Source: Paraspadella gotoi
Lineage: Eukaryota; Animalia; Chaetognatha
Assembly: GCA_051294375.1 (NCBI GenBank)
Contig: CM119269.1
Coordinates: 9,001,619-9,065,618 of the forward strand
Direction: 5' to 3'
Length of the DNA stretch: 64,000 nt
The translations under genes and the position numbers were made by a program. The stretch's first letter is position 1. Each line of letters starts with the position of its first letter. Shown in pieces: positions 1-15,454 of this stretch. The notes under the pieces were generated by a model that made no database searches, had not been told where the DNA came from, and saw nothing but the letters and a program-made list of their open reading frames with translations.

Positions 1-643
1 GGAGAAATCCGCGAATCAATAGGACTACGTCCGGAGATCGTGGTCGGACGGGAAAATTATTTTTACTTATTTTCTATGAAATATTATATTAAATAATAAA
101 AAAACATTTAAAAACCTGTAAAAAAGATCAACCTGAAAGTGAAACAAAGCAAAGAAATTGTTGCAATTATTTTATATAGTTTTATAATTTTTAAAATATG
201 TATCATTTTTTGGCAAAAACTCGCTCATAATATAAAATAACTTTTGGAATACAAGGAACTAAAAACTGGCATTTTGAAGAGAGAGAGATAAACTTAATTA
301 CAATGTTTGAATTGTTTTTAACATCGTTCGTTTTTCAAATTATTTATTTTGGCTGACGACGATCAAGATTTTATTTTTAATATTAAATTAGTGATAAAGC
401 GATGATAAAATAATAAGTAAACTTTGTTTTTTCAGTTTGAAATTAAAACAGAGCACAAAATTAAAAACTATTAATTAAAATAAGTAAAAATGTTTGCTTT
501 TGTCTAAAATTTTAAAGAAACTAACGAATTAAACAGAAACAGCAAGTCCGAGTTGTTGCTGCGCTGTGATTTCTCTTCACAAAATTTCCTTTACTAATAA
601 TAAATACTTTTACAACCAATATAAAAATTATCCCTTCATTTAA

Positions 644-724
644 ATAAGCTATCTTGCCCCTGACTTTGGACAGGCTTTGGTGGCTTAAGGCCTCCATCAC
701 TCTTACAAGATAATGATATGGCAG
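644..724 (+). repeat. 81-bp dispersed repeat, copy 1 (inverted copy at 42113-42193)
   Basis: ATAAGCTATCTTGCCCCTGACTTTGGACAGG...TAATGATATGGCAG aligns without gaps to the reverse complement of 42113-42193, with 9 mismatches by manual count. Confidence 0.85.
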
Positions 725-2310
725 TAGTTTTAAATTTAAACACTATCAATAAAAACAAAATATTTTTTCATCACTTAAACATTTAGTTGATTTATTTCCT
801 TTTAATTTTAATTGGATTAGCTAAAATATAATTTTTGTAAAAAAAAGAGTCTAGCAAAGTTTTTAACTATATCTTTTGTCTGGGAAAGCTGTCTTGTGCC
901 AAATTGTTTTGAGAGGTCGCCTTTTACTAGGAGTGGAGCAAAGCTGAAACAAAAGCCCGAGCAAACAGTTTCAGTTAAAAAATATTAAATACCAATAAAA
1001 CAAATGAAAATTAAAAAAAAAAATAAAACAAAATTAAGGGAAAAAGAATAAGTCAGAAAATTCAAAAATCATGGAAGATAGAAAATTAAAAAATTAATAA
1101 ATAAAAAGAAATTAAAATCTAAATGAATAGGGTTGTTAATTTATTTCCTTAATTCGTGATTTGGCAGTGCTAATTTATTTTATTTTTTTAATTTAATTAA
1201 CTTTATTTTTTATTCCTTTTTCGTTTTTTCTTTTTTTTCTATTTTTCCCTTCTTTTCTTTCTTTCTTTCTCTTCTTTCTTTCTTTCTTTCTTTCTTCTTT
1301 CTTTCTTCTCTTCTTTCAATATCTCTGTTTTTTTCTTTCTTTCCTTATTTCTTTCCTTCCTTTTTCTTTTTTCATTAATTTGTTTATTATTTTCTTGTTT
1401 ATATCTTTTATTCTTTTGGGATTAAGGAAAGAGCAGATCCGCGACTTTCAGCTCCGTTGGTATCGCGTGCTGACAGATGAGAGGGAAGAAGAAGAGAAGA
1501 GGAGAAAATGACCCGTCGGGGTCAGGTTCGGGACAGGTCCGCGACCTGAGCCGCGGACGGAGGAGAACAATAGCCGGCAGCCGGAAAACAATAGAGTGAC
1601 CGAAATTGGGTCCGCGAACTTCAAGTATATGCCTCCTTCGATCTATCTGCTCTCTTCTCTCGTTCTCTCTTTCTTCTCGTGCTGCTGCCTATCGTCGAGT
1701 TCAGGCATCGTCCCCGCGACTCTCATACCTCCCAGAAACGACACAGCTTTTTCTCTTTCCTCTTCGTTAATTGGTTTTATTCGATTTCGTGTTCGTCGGT
1801 CTGGTTAAGGATGAAAAAGAAAGGCTCTCTTCCTTCCTCGTTCCTCTGGCAGCATCTCGTTCTCCGCTTCCCTCCTGTCTCGGTCTTCTCTCTCTCTCCG
1901 TTCTCCTCTCTCCCTCTCGTCTGCTCTCTCGTCTCTCTCTCTCGCTCTGCTCGATTCCTGCTCTTCTGCTCCATCGTCTCTGCTCTCCCTCTGCGTCTCA
2001 AGTTATTCCCTTTCATCCTCTATGATTACTTTCTCTTTTTCTTTCCTTTTTTGTTTGATTTTCTCTCCAAATTTTTAATTTCACTTCCGTTGGTCTTTTG
2101 TGTCACTTCCGGTCAATTTCCCTTTCTCTCCTCCCCATACTCTCTGTCACCGTCTCTGTCTCACTCTCTCTCTCTGTCTCCGTCTCCCTCTCTCTCTCCC
2201 TCTTAATAGGATTTGCTTAGATGACGTGTCGTAGTCTTACATCATTTCCGCCCTTATAAAGCGTCTAAGAGTCGGCGCCCCAACGCTCATGTGAGGCTTG
2301 AATGAGAATT

Positions 2311-2314
<4 letters not shown>

Positions 2315-2400
<86 letters not shown>
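2315..2400. repeat. (CT)n microsatellite, representative of dozens of (CT)n/(GA)n tracts in the window
   Basis: Perfect dinucleotide run read directly. Confidence 0.95.
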
Positions 2401-2403
<3 letters not shown>

Positions 2404-5379
2404 CGACGCCGAAGCCTTCCGCATTCGAATGACGCCATTGACGTTTGACCAAAGCCTAACGATAAGAGGAAAGGAAAATCCGTGGCTCCGCCGCCGCCGC
2501 CACTGCCGCCGCCGCTGCCACGCCGCTGCCGACGTCGTCGTCACCGTCGTCGTCGTCGTCATCGTCGTCCTCATCTTCTTTTACATCACTGTGATATTAT
2601 CTTCATTGTGTTTTCTAATCTCTGGTCTTCTCCTTTTTTCCCCTGCTACGCTCATTCCCCTCCCCTTTCGCATCATTTTCCATTTCCTTCTCTTCCTTTG
2701 CCACGTTCCCTCTCGATCCTCTGTCACGAATTCTTCGAAAACTTTTCGATCCCATTTTTTTTTCTTTTTTAATATCGATTTTTTTTTCTTCTCAAGAACC
2801 TCCACTCGAAAAAAAAATAATCTAATCTTTGATCGCGTATCGGGGGAAATAACAATTTAAAAAGCAAAATAGAACGAAATCCGATGTTTGTATTAATCTT
2901 TAATAACCTTTAATATCTGGTCGATAATGTTTGAACTTCTCTTCAAAAAGGAAAAACATCAAATGGAGATTAAATCCTCAGCGATCGTCGACGGAACATC
3001 GAAGCGGTGGGGGGGGGGAGGAGTGGAGAAAATGTTTTAATATCGTTAGGGGTTTGTGGGTTTTAGGAAGTTAAATATTACTTGCCGAATATTTTACAAT
3101 ATTTAACTAATCTTATGGAGTTGAACCGTGAATTGATTGGTGCGCATAACAAGGAGTGAAAAAGAAGAGAGAGAGGAAGAGAAGAGAGAGAGAAAGGAGA
3201 GAGGAGAGAGGAGAGAGACAGAAGAGAGGGAGAGAGAAGAGAGAGAGAGCGGCAGCCCCCTTTCATTGCTCGTTATGGGCAGGTGTGAGGTGTTTCGCTT
3301 GTACGAAATCCTGTTTGCCCTAATTTGTTTTCGCGGTTTAGCTTAATCCCTCAGTCGACGTCCGTCTGCAAGCGCGGCGGGGGGGGAGGGTGGGGCGAGT
3401 GCTTGCGCGAAAATAATAATCCATGCCTGGTTAAATCCTCTTCTCGGTCTCTCTTCCTCTCTCTCTCGTCTCTCTCTCTCTCGCTCTCTCTCACTCTCTC
3501 TCTCTCTCTCTCCTCTTCTCTCTTTCTTTCTTTTCTTTTTTCACCGAATTTAATTTAATTTTAACCCCCGTTTTCTCGACGCCTTGTGGAGTTCACCCAT
3601 TTGGGAACAGTGTTTAAGCTGAGAAGAGTAGTACGAGATTTAAATGGTAAGGATTATTATTATTCGCGCAGTATCAATTAATTTAATTTTTAAGCTATAT
3701 CTTATTCTTATTACTTTTTACTTATTAACGGTCTTCTAATTAACACTAACCATGATTATATTTACTCTAATTACATTTATTTGACATCTCGCACCTCGAA
3801 ACGTCATCTTTAAACTTCCTTATGTATATACAGCCTCTTAACACAAACCTAAAACATAATAAGAGATTTTTTATAAAAAGTTTCAAACGAATTCACTTAC
3901 TGGAGTTACTTTATGTAACTGCCTTTAGGTGTTTAATTTACAAAACATAAAACACTAAATCATTTGGGTGCTTTTTATAAATGAGTTGTTGAGAGTGAGA
4001 TAATTAAAAAAACAAATAGAAAGACAGAAAATAAACTGGGAGTAGAGATTAAATAAAAATATTAAAACAAAAGTAAAGAGTTAAAACGAAAATGAAAAAC
4101 ATTGTCAAAGAAAAAGGAAAATAAAAAAGAAAGAGAGTTTAAAGGCGAAGCCAAGATGCAATGGGAGAGAGACCAGAGCGGGAGAGAGAAAGAAGAGGGA
4201 GAGAGATAGAGAGGGAGAGATTTCTCATAAGTCAACTAATATATCCTTTTCACAGACTCTCCGTTCCCATGATTTCTCGATCACACGCGTTCGTGAAAGT
4301 CGAGGAGGGAAAGGAAGGGGGGGGAATGAGAGTCAATAAAAAAAGAAATAAAAAAGGGAAAGTAATCTGGGGGTGGAAGGTTTAAATAAAAATTAAGTTA
4401 GATAAAAAGAATAAGCAATAGAAACTATATTTTACAAATGCAATATAAAGTTATCTTTCAATTCATTTTGTGTGAGGTAACGAAGAAAGACTTAATAAGA
4501 TAATAAACAGCGATAGAAGGGAATATAAACTATACTCTGTACTTCGAGATATAAAGATTTGAAAAATTCTACTTCAAATCTCTCTTCTCCTCTTCTCTCT
4601 CTCTCTTCTCTTCTGCTCTCTCTGCTCTCGCCCTCTGCTCTCTTCTCTCTCTCTCTTTTCTCCTCTCTCCCTCTTCTCTCTCTCCTCGTCTCTCTCCTTC
4701 CTCTCTCTCTCTCTCTCCTCATTTTTTCTCCTCCTCTCTTTATTGTTTTTTCTCTCTCTCTTCCTGATAAAAACGGAGAAAGAGAAATGATTAATAACTT
4801 TCACGCAAACAAATAAACTTTGGGTGAATCAATCAAATTCAAAACAAAACCCCAGACGAGGGAGCATCAGTGCCGCCCGACGAACCGGCTTCATCTCGAC
4901 CCATGGCCTCACATGACGCGCCACGATTCTTCCTTCTCCCCTCGCCCCTCATGGCACGCCCCCATTGGCACGCCCCCTCCCCGTATCGTCTTCGGGCGAA
5001 ACCAGATTCCAGATTCTGACAAATCGATTTCTCTCGGCCTCCGAGGAACCCGGACGCCGGACGACGCCGCTTTTTCCAACCGCGCCGCTTTTAGAGTCGG
5101 CGGCGCTCTTTCGCGTCTTCCTTAGTTTCCGATTGAACGCCTCCCTTTTTCTTACTGCGCCTCAACCGCTGCTTTTATCCCCCACCACCACGGCGTCCAT
5201 TTCCATCAACCCGGGGCCAAACCCTATCCGGCGCCTATCTCTACCCGGCGCCCTCCTTGCCCTTTACGACCCTCGGCGCCCCATAGAACGCCGGTCGCGT
5301 CGCCGGCGCTTCAAGAAAAATGATGACGACGTTTGGTGAGTTTCGATGTCGGCCTATGAAGGAGAGATAAGGACCCTGA

Positions 5380-5730
5380 GGCGACGACGATGAAAACGAC
5401 GATGGAAAGGAAGACGACGATGACGACGACGATGAAGACGACGACGATGACGACGAAGATGAAGACGACGATGAAGACGACGATGAAGACGAAGACGACG
5501 ATGACGAAGACAATGATGAAGTTGACGACAACGGCGGCGACTAAGACGATGATTTTTAGGAAAAAAATGTTGATGACGATTAAGACAATGACGATTGACG
5601 ATAACAATGAAAATATAATGAAGAAGGCAAAAGAAAAATGTTGACAATGAGAATGATGACAAAATAACTGACAAAAACGCTGATAAAGATGACGATGACA
5701 ACGACGACGTCACGTCGAGGACGACTATGA
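5380..5730. repeat. Degenerate (GAC/GAT/GAA)n triplet repeat
   Basis: Read directly; it generates the poly-T/poly-S/poly-V ORFs in the track. Confidence 0.9.
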
Positions 5731-5829
5731 CCCTATCTGTTATCTTTTTTCGTCTGAGGTGGCACGATGGTGAGGGGGGATGGGGCGACGGGGAATAAAG
5801 CGCCCACGGGGAACGTTTTTTTTAAAAGG

Positions 5830-5873
<44 letters not shown>

Positions 5874-7057
5874 CTTATCTTTCCCCCGGTTAATGATAGT
5901 TAATAAACTCACCTCGTATCACGTGACCCGAAAAATGGAACGCGGGAAAAATTCCGATCTGGCGCCTCACGATTTTTCTTGCCCCCCCTCTCTCTTCACT
6001 TGTCTTTTCATCACCCACCACACTTCCATGACGCCCTCTGCAATCCTTCTCTCATCACTCTACCACTCACACCACCCACACCACTCCCGCCTGCATCCAC
6101 CTTTCTTTTTCAGATGAACCCGGGTTAAAGCAAAAGGAAAAAAAATCGTTTATCTGGATATATAGAGAACTCCGTAGGAAAAAAAAATTAAGAGAAGCAA
6201 AATAATAAGTTCAACTTCAGGAAGCCATGTTGTTGACAGAGAAGAAATTATAAATAAAATACAGTATAGTTAACTGATGAAAGGATTTTTAAAAATTTAA
6301 ATGCAAAAAAAAAAGGCAACTACTTAGGATTTTACGTATATTACTAGCAATTTCTTTTAATACTTTATCATTTGAATTATTTTAACTAATTTAATCCCAC
6401 CTAAAACAAAAAATATTGTCATTACCCTCTCAAACTTTCGACCGAGCTGCACATGAAAACGTTTTTCAGAAGCGTCTTTCCTTCGCCATTTCCTGCGCGC
6501 CACCACTGCGTCATTACTGCGCCAAGTGCGCCATTTCCTGATGCGTCACTCAGCGCCCCATAATCTCGCCGCATCGCGTCGGATCCTCGGGGCATCAACG
6601 TCCATCGAGGCGAAACAAGATTCGCGCCATCAACGAGAGGAAAGGGAGGAAAGGGAGCAAAGGGAAAAAGGTAGAAAAGGTAGAAAAGTGAAAAAGAGAA
6701 GAAAGGGAGGAAAGGGAGGAAAGGGAGGAAAGTGAAAAAGGTAGAAAAGGTAGAAAAGGAGGGAAACAAGAGAAGAAAGGGCGGGAAATGAGGAGAAAAG
6801 AGAGGAAAGGGAGGGAAAGGGAAAAAGGTAGAAAAAAGGGTAGAAAGGAAAAAGAGAAGAAAGGAGGAAAGGGAGAAAACAGAGAGAAAGGGAGGAAAGG
6901 AAAAAGTAGAAAAGGGAAAAAGAGAAGAAAGGGAGGAAAGGAAGGAAAGGAAGGAAAGGGAGGAAAGGAATGAGAGAGGAGAGAAAAGGGAGAAAAGGGA
7001 GGAAAGGAAGGAAAAGCAGGCTAGAGATGAGGTAAGGAGAAAGAGAAAAAGAAGAAA

Positions 7058-7350
<293 letters not shown>

Positions 7351-8114
7351 TATTTCAAAAGCATAATCTCCCTTTATTTTATACTTTCTTATTTTCTCTC
7401 ATGCTCTAAATTCTTTTTTCTCTACATAAAATTATCTCTCTTCTCGCGACTTCATAAAAGTTTCAAAAATAAATATGTTTAATTTATTATTTTTTTAAAA
7501 AATCTCTCCGGTTTTTTCTTTCTTTTTTTTTTAATAAACAACGAAGTCGAGTATAAAAAATGAATGAAGGATAATTATCTCTTTTTCCGCCGGTAATTAG
7601 GCCCGCAACGGTCGGCGGGAAAAACGAGCTGAAAAAAAAAGAGCAAAAAAAAAAATTATAAAAAGAACAAAATGAGAATAAAAATGATGAAAATAAAGTA
7701 AAAAAAAGAAGGAATTAGAAAAAAAAAAGAAAATTCCATAAACATCGTCCATCAAGTTTCCATCTGTCTCTGATATCCAGTTTCGACTCCGTGAATCGGA
7801 AAATGGCGTCGTTGTTGTCGTCGTTGTTGTTGTTTTTTGTCGTTTCTGTTTTTATTATTATTTCTATTTTTGCCGAATCATATGAGAACCAATGACTGAA
7901 TACATAAAAAATGTTTCATTGAACGCAAATAGGTTTGATTCAATTGCTGAAATATAAAAAATATGGTAAATAATGGCAAATGTTTATCCTTTGCAAGACA
8001 GACAGTCAGACAGACAGACGGACAGACATCAATCCTTTTCTTTTCTTCCTCTGCTCCTCCACCAGCCAATAAAAACACAAATAATAAATGCTTTTAAAAC
8101 AAAGCCGAACGATG

Positions 8115-8204
<90 letters not shown>

Positions 8205-11200
8205 AGAGGGAGCCAAAACTCGTCTAATACCCTGTAATGACTCTCGTCTTCCGGTCGGTTCGATGCCAGAGACCACAAAGCAGAGGGCAGAGAATCTAAT
8301 GGGGCATCTGAGGCTAAGAGGGAGACGGAGAGGGAGAGGAAGAAAGGGGGAGAGGGAGCGAGAGAGAGAGAGACGGAGAAAGAATTAGCCGGAAAGAAAG
8401 AAATATGGAGAAATAGTTGTAAGAAAAGTTTGCAGTTCTTGTTTTGTTTATATATTATTCTTTCGACAGAAAAGTAATAAGAACGAAAAATAAAGAAAGA
8501 AAGAAAGNNNNNNNNNNNNNNNNNNNNNNNNNNNNNNNNNNNNNNNNNNNNNNNNNNNNNNNNNNNNNNNNNNNNNNNNNNNNNNNNNNNNNNNNNNNNN
8601 NNNNNNNNNNNNNNNNNNNNNNNNNNNNNNNNNNNNNNNNNNNNNNNNNNNNNNNNNNNNNNNNNNNNNNNNNNNNNNNNNNNNNNNNNNNNNNNNNNNN
8701 NNNNNNNNNNNNNNNNNNNNAAAGAAAGAAAGAAAGAAAGAAAGAAAGAAAAAAGAAAGCCAGAGAGCTGAGGGACTCTATTCTTAGAAGTCACTTTGGG
8801 CGAAGCTTCGTTGATAGAAGATTTTTTTCACGCAAACAATAAACTTTGGGTGATCAATCAAATTCAACAACAAAACCCCAGCACGAGGGAGATCAAAGTG
8901 CCGCCCGACGAACCGGCTTCCATTCGACCCATGGCCCCACATGACGCGTCCACGATTCTTCTTCTCCCTCGCCCCTCATGGCACGCCCCCATTGGCCGGC
9001 CCCCTCCCCGTATCGTTTTCGGGCGAAACCCAGATTCCAGATTCTGACAATCGATTCTCTCGGCCTCCGAGGAACCCGCGACGCCGGACTCGAGACCCGC
9101 TTGTTTCCAACGGCGCCGCTTTAGAGTCGGCGGCGCTCTTCGGTCTTCCTTAGTTTTCGATTGAACGCCTCCCTTTTTCTTAGTGCGCCTCAACCCTGCT
9201 TTATCCCCCACGCACCACGGCGATACCATTTCATCTAACCCGGGGCCAAACCCTATCCGGCGCCTATCTCTACCCGGCGCCCTCCTTGCCCTTTACGGAC
9301 CCTCGGCGCCCATAGAAAACCCGGATCGCGTCGCCGGCGGTTCAGAAAAATGATGGACGACGTTTGGTGAGTTTCGATGTCGGCCTATGAAGGAGAGATA
9401 AGGACCCTTAGGCGGACGAGGTGAAAACGACGATGGAAAGGAAGACGACGATGACGACGACGATGAAGACGACGACATGACGACGAAGATGAAGACGACG
9501 ATGAAGACGACGATGAAGACGAAGACGACGATGAACGAAGAACAATGATGAAGTTGACACAACGGCGGCGACTAAGAGTGATTTTTAGGAAAAAAGTTGT
9601 GAGATATAAAGACAATGACGATTTGACGATAACAATGAAAATATAATGAAGAAGGCAAAAGAAAAATCGTTGACAATGAGAATGATGACAAAATAACTGA
9701 CAAAAACGGCTGATAAACGATGACGATGACAACGACGACGTCACGTCGAGGACGACTATGACCCTATCTGTTATCTTTTTTCGTCTGAGTGTGCACGATG
9801 GTGAGGGGGGATGGGGCGACGGGAATAAGCGCCCACGGGGACGTTTTTTTTTAAAAGGGTGACGGACGACAGACGACGACGACGACGACGACGACCTTAT
9901 CTTTGCCCCGTTAAATGATAGTAATAATACTCACCTTCGTATCACGTGACCCGAAAAATGGAACCGGGAAAAAATTCCGATCTGCGCCCTCACGATTTTT
10001 CTTGCCCCCCCTCTCTCTACTTGTCTTATTCATTCACCCCACCACACTTCCATGACGCCCTTGCCAATCCTTCTCTCATCACTCTACCCACTCACACCAC
10101 CACACCACTCCCGCCTGCATCCACCTTCTTTTTCAGATGAACCCGGGTTAAACAAAGGAAAAAATGTTTATCTGATATATAAGAACTCCGTGAGAAAAAA
10201 TTAAGAGAAGCAAAATAATTACCTTCAGAAGCCATGTTGTTGACAGAGAAGAAAAATATAAACCAATAAAATACAGTATAGTTAACTGATGAAGGATTTT
10301 TAAAAAATTTAAATGCCAAAAAAAAAAGGCAACTACTTAGGATTTACGTATATTACTAGCAATTTTCTTTTAATACTTTATCATTTGAATTATTTTAACT
10401 AATTTAATCCCACCTTAAAACAAAAATATTTCATATACCCTCTCAAACTTTCGACCCGAGCTGCACATGAAACGTTTTTTTCAGAAGCGTCTTTCTTCGC
10501 CATTTCTGCGCGCCACCACTGCGTCATTACTGCAGCAAGTGCGCCATTTTCCTGATGCGTCACTCAGGCCCCATAATCTCGCCGCATCGCGTCGGATCCT
10601 CGGGGCATCAACGTCCATCGAGGCGAAACAAGATTCGCGCCATACAACGAGAGGAAAGGGAGGAAAGGGAGCAAGCGGAAAAAGGTAGAAAGGTAGAAAA
10701 GTGAAAAGAAAGAAAGGGAGGAAAGGAGGAAAGGGAGGAAGGGAAAAAGGTAGAAAGGTAGAAAAGGGAAAAGAGAAGAGAGGGAGGAAAGGGAGGAAAG
10801 GGAGGAAAAGGGAGGAAAGTGAAAAAGGTAGAAAAGGTAGAAAAGGGAAAAAGAGAAGAAAGGGGGGAAATGGGAGAAAAGAGAGGAAAGGAGGAAAGGG
10901 AAAAAGGTAGAAAAAAGGTAGAAAGGGAAAAAGAGAAGAAAGGGAGAAAAGGGAGAAAAAGGGAGGGAAAGGGAGGAAAGGAAAAAGTAGAAAAGGGAAA
11001 AAGAGAAGAAAGGGAGAAAGGAAGGAAAGGAAGGAAAGGGAGGAAAGAATGAGAGAGGAGAAGAAAAGGGAGAAAAGGGAGGAAAGAAGGAAAAGCAGGC
11101 TCGAGATGAGGTAAAGGAGAAAGAGAAAAAGAAGAAATAATATTATAGATAATAATATGATAATATAATAATAACATAATAATAATAATATAATAATAAT

Positions 11201-12213
11201 AATAATAATAATAATATATAATAATAATAATAATATAATATTAATAATAATAATAATATAATAATAATAATAATAAATAATATAATATAACACAATAACA
11301 ACCATACTAATAATAAATAATAATAATAATAATAATAATATAATAATATATAATAAATAATAATAATAATAATATAATAATAAATAATAATAATAATATA
11401 TAATAATAATAATAATAATACAATGATAATAATGATATTTTCAAAAAGCATAATCTCCCTTTATTTTATACTTTCTTATTTTCTCTCATTGCTCTAAATT
11501 CTTTTTCTCTACATAAATTAGTCTCTCTCTCGCGACTTCATAAAAGTTTTCAAAAATAATATGTTTATTTATTATTTTTTTAAAAAATCTCTCCGGTTTT
11601 TTCTTTCTTTTTTTTTTAATAAACAACGAAGTCGAGTATAAAAAATGAATGAAGAAATTATCTCTTTTTTCCGCCGGTAATTAGGCCGCAACGGTCGGCG
11701 GAAAAACGAGCTGAAAAAAAAAGAGCAAAAAAAAAATTATAAAAAGGAACCAATGAGAATAAAATGATGAACAATAAAGTAAAAAAAAAAGGAATTAAGA
11801 AAAAAAAAAGAAATTCATAAACATCGTCCATCAAGTTCCATCTGTCTCTGATATCCAGTTTTCGACTCGTGAATCGAAAATGGCGTTCGTTGTTGTTCGT
11901 CGTTGTTGTTGTTTTTTGTCGTTTCTGTTTTATTATTATTTCTATTTTGCCGAATCATATGAGAACCAATGACTGAATACATAAAAAATGTTTCATTTGA
12001 ACGCAAATAGGTTTGATTCAATTGCTGAAATATAAAAAATATGGTAAATAATGGCAAATGTTTATCCTTTGCAAGGACATGATCAAGCAGACCAGACAGA
12101 TCGATCAGACATCAATCCTTTTTCTTTTTCATTCCTCTGCCCTCACCAGCCATAAAAAACACAAAATAATAAACTTTTAAAAACAAAGCCGAACAGGGTT
12201 CTCTTCTCTCCTC

Positions 12214-12244
<31 letters not shown>

Positions 12245-12726
12245 CGCTCTCTCTCTCTCTCTCGTCTCTCTCTCTCTCCTCTCTCTCTTTTACCAGAGGG
12301 ACCCAAAACTCGTCTAATACCCTGTAATGACTCTCGTCTTCCGGGTCGTTCGCTGCCAGAGAACCACAAAGCAGAGGGCAGAGAATCTAATGGGGCATCT
12401 GAGGCTAAGAGGAGACCGGAGAGGGAGAGGAAGAAAGGGGGAGAGGGAGCGAGAGAAGAGAGAGACGGAGAAAGAATTAGCCGGAAAGAAAGAAATATGG
12501 AGAATAGTTGTAAGAAAAGTTTGCAGTTCTTGTTTTGTTTTATATTTTATTTCTTTCGACAGAAAAGTAATAAGAACGAAAATAAACAAGAAAGAAAGAA
12601 AGAAAGAGAAAAAAAAAGAAAGAAGAAAGAAAGAAAGAAAGAAGAAAGAAAGAAAGAAAGAAGAAAGAGAGAATGAAAGAGAATATTGAAAGAAAGAGAG
12701 AAAGAAAGAAAGAAAGAAAGAAAGAA

Positions 12727-12762
<36 letters not shown>

Positions 12763-12882
12763 AAAAAAGAAAGCCAGAGAGCTGAGGGGACTCTATTCTT
12801 AGAAGTCACTTGGGCAAGGCTTCGTTTGATAGAAGATTCATCTAATGGGATAAAATGGACAGATCAACGAGAGAGAAAAGGA

Positions 12883-12950
<68 letters not shown>

Positions 12951-13282
12951 GATGAGAGATGAGAGAAGAGAGAGCTCNNNNNNNNNNNNNNNNNNNNNNN
13001 NNCTTTGCGCCTTTAACAAAGGAGGTGGAGAAGGAAGAATAAGACGACGACGACGACGACGACGACGAAGAGGAATACTTGTTGTAGGCAAAGAATCGGA
13101 TGATGAACCATTAATCTTTTCATCCCCGTCGGCGGCGGCGTCGGCGTGGTGGCGGCGTCGGCGTGGTGGCGGGGTTGAAGCGGCGTCGGCGGCGTCGGAG
13201 GCGTTGGCGTCGGCGGCGCTAGTGGAGGCGGCGGTGGTGAAGTTGTTCTTGAAAAAGAAAAAGAAAAATTACTTGACGATAT

Positions 13283-13425
13283 CAGTTTAGTTTAGTTTAA
13301 TTTAGTTTAATCTTAGTTTAGTTTAACTTAGTTTATTTGGATTTAATTTAGTTTAAACTTAGTTTAGTTTAACATCGTTTAGTAAATTTGTTGTTTTTTT
13401 TGGTTTAGTTTATTTAGTTTGGTTT
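13283..13425. repeat. Degenerate (TTTAG)n pentanucleotide repeat
   Basis: AGTTTAGTTTAGTTTAATTTAG... read directly. Confidence 0.85.
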
Positions 13426-13991
13426 GAAGGTTTACATATGTAATACATTTGGATGTATGTAGTTAGAATTTGATTGATCGTAATATTAATTTTAAGAATC
13501 ATGTCTGAATAAGTAATCAGAAATAACAGAAAATTTATCAATGCGAAAAAGAAATGAGCTAGAATGTAACGCGAATAAGATTATGCGAATAAGATTATGC
13601 AGAATTTCTATATGAAATTGGTACAACTAAGATTCTTCCTTTTTTGCAGCATCTTCTCTTTTTTTCCCTATCTTTCATCTCCTTACTTTTCTTTTTTTTT
13701 CTTCTCTATTTTTTTGTTTAGCTTCTTTGCTTCGGATTTCCGCGTCGCTTCGTTCCAAAGATTTCGGCGCCGCTCGTCAAACGCCGGGGCGCCGGGGCGC
13801 CCGAAGACGACGACGATGAGAGCGACGACGACGATGACAACGACGATGTCAGTGACGACAACTGAGACGATGACGACGATGATAACGAAGGCGGGGACGA
13901 CGACGACGACGACGACAAGGGCGACGATGACAACGATGATGAAGGCGACGACGACAATGATGACGAAGACAACGAGTAGGACGACTGCGAC

Positions 13992-14022
<31 letters not shown>

Positions 14023-15092
14023 ACGACCAGGGATGAAGGCTCCGCAACCAAAGAATCATTTATATCTATTAGGCGTGAGTCGGCTTTTCGCTGTGGCTCT
14101 GATCTCCATTAGTTCTTCATTCCCTTTCGCCACCTCGCTCCATCTTAAAGGCTCTTTTCAGCCCCAACGCCCCCACACCCCCCCACTTCCGGCTCAATCA
14201 ACCCCTTCACATTTATCCACCTTCTCTCCTTTTAGTTCCTCATTCGTCTCATTCCTTTTATTGAGGATCACTCTTTAATTCACTCCATTTCCTGCACTCA
14301 CCTCGACCTACCCTTTTCCCCTCGTGTCCCCATCCCTTCCGTCATCGTATTGCCTCACCCTTTCTACCATTACCCCATCGCTTTGCCTCATGTAATAAAT
14401 GACTCTTTCTCTTTAAGATCTTTCCTCCCATTTCTACTCAAGACAGAAATCGCAATCAGATTTCTATTTGTTTTTTTAAAGTTGAACTCAGTCTCAATGA
14501 TTCGCTTACTTTATTACCTCTTACCCACTCACCAACCTTCTTACTCACTAAATCTTCCGTGAACTCTCTCATAACCCTTACCCATTACGCAGTCCCTTCC
14601 TCAATTAACTTACCACTTTCGATTTCCTCTCAAATCTTCACATTCGATCGTTCATCCAATCTCTCCATGAACTACCACGCGAGTCCATGTCTTACCCTCC
14701 ACCTCAGAGGCAGTACATTACTTCTTCATTAGACGCTCTCTCTCTCTCTCTCGTCTTTCTATCTCTCTCTCTCATCTCTCTCCATCTCTCTCTCTCATTC
14801 ATCTCATCTCTCTCTCTCTCTCTCTCTCTCCTCTCTTCTCACCTTTTCCAAATCGCCACTCGATTCTCTGCCGCGCCCTCGCAAAAAATTCCCATTAGTC
14901 CTTCCCTACCTCGTCTCTCTCCGATCTCTCTCTCTCTCTAAACACTCTATTTCTCTCGCAACTGCTCTCTCCCTCTCGATCTCACTTTTTTTGCCTCACA
15001 CCTCTTTTCTCAATCTTTACTTCCGAGAAAAAAACGCAAAATAACCGAATCTTAGGGCTTCAGAGAAAAATAAAAAGAGAGAGAGAGAGAGC

Positions 15093-15135
<43 letters not shown>

Positions 15136-15417
15136 CAATTATTTATTTATTTATTTTTCTAACAATCCAATATTAATAATTAAAGACAATAGAACTGAAA
15201 TTAATCCATTTTAAGAAGAAAAGTTGCCTGAGGAAAATTAAAACTTCGTTCTCACGTCCTATTGTTCTTTTTCTTTTTCCTCTTTTTCCTCCCTCTCGCT
15301 CGCTATCTCACTCTATCTCTCTCCCGCTTTCAAATCTCTCTTGGCGCTGGCCTCGTCCGCATATATCAAGTTATGAAGAAAAGCAGATCAAGAAATTCCA
15401 ACGGAGAGAAAAGAGGT

Positions 15418-15454
<37 letters not shown>

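Noticed and set aside
13283-13425. Interstitial telomeric repeat
   Set aside because: The unit is TTTAG, not TTAGG or TTAGGG, and it is degenerate; treated as an ordinary microsatellite.
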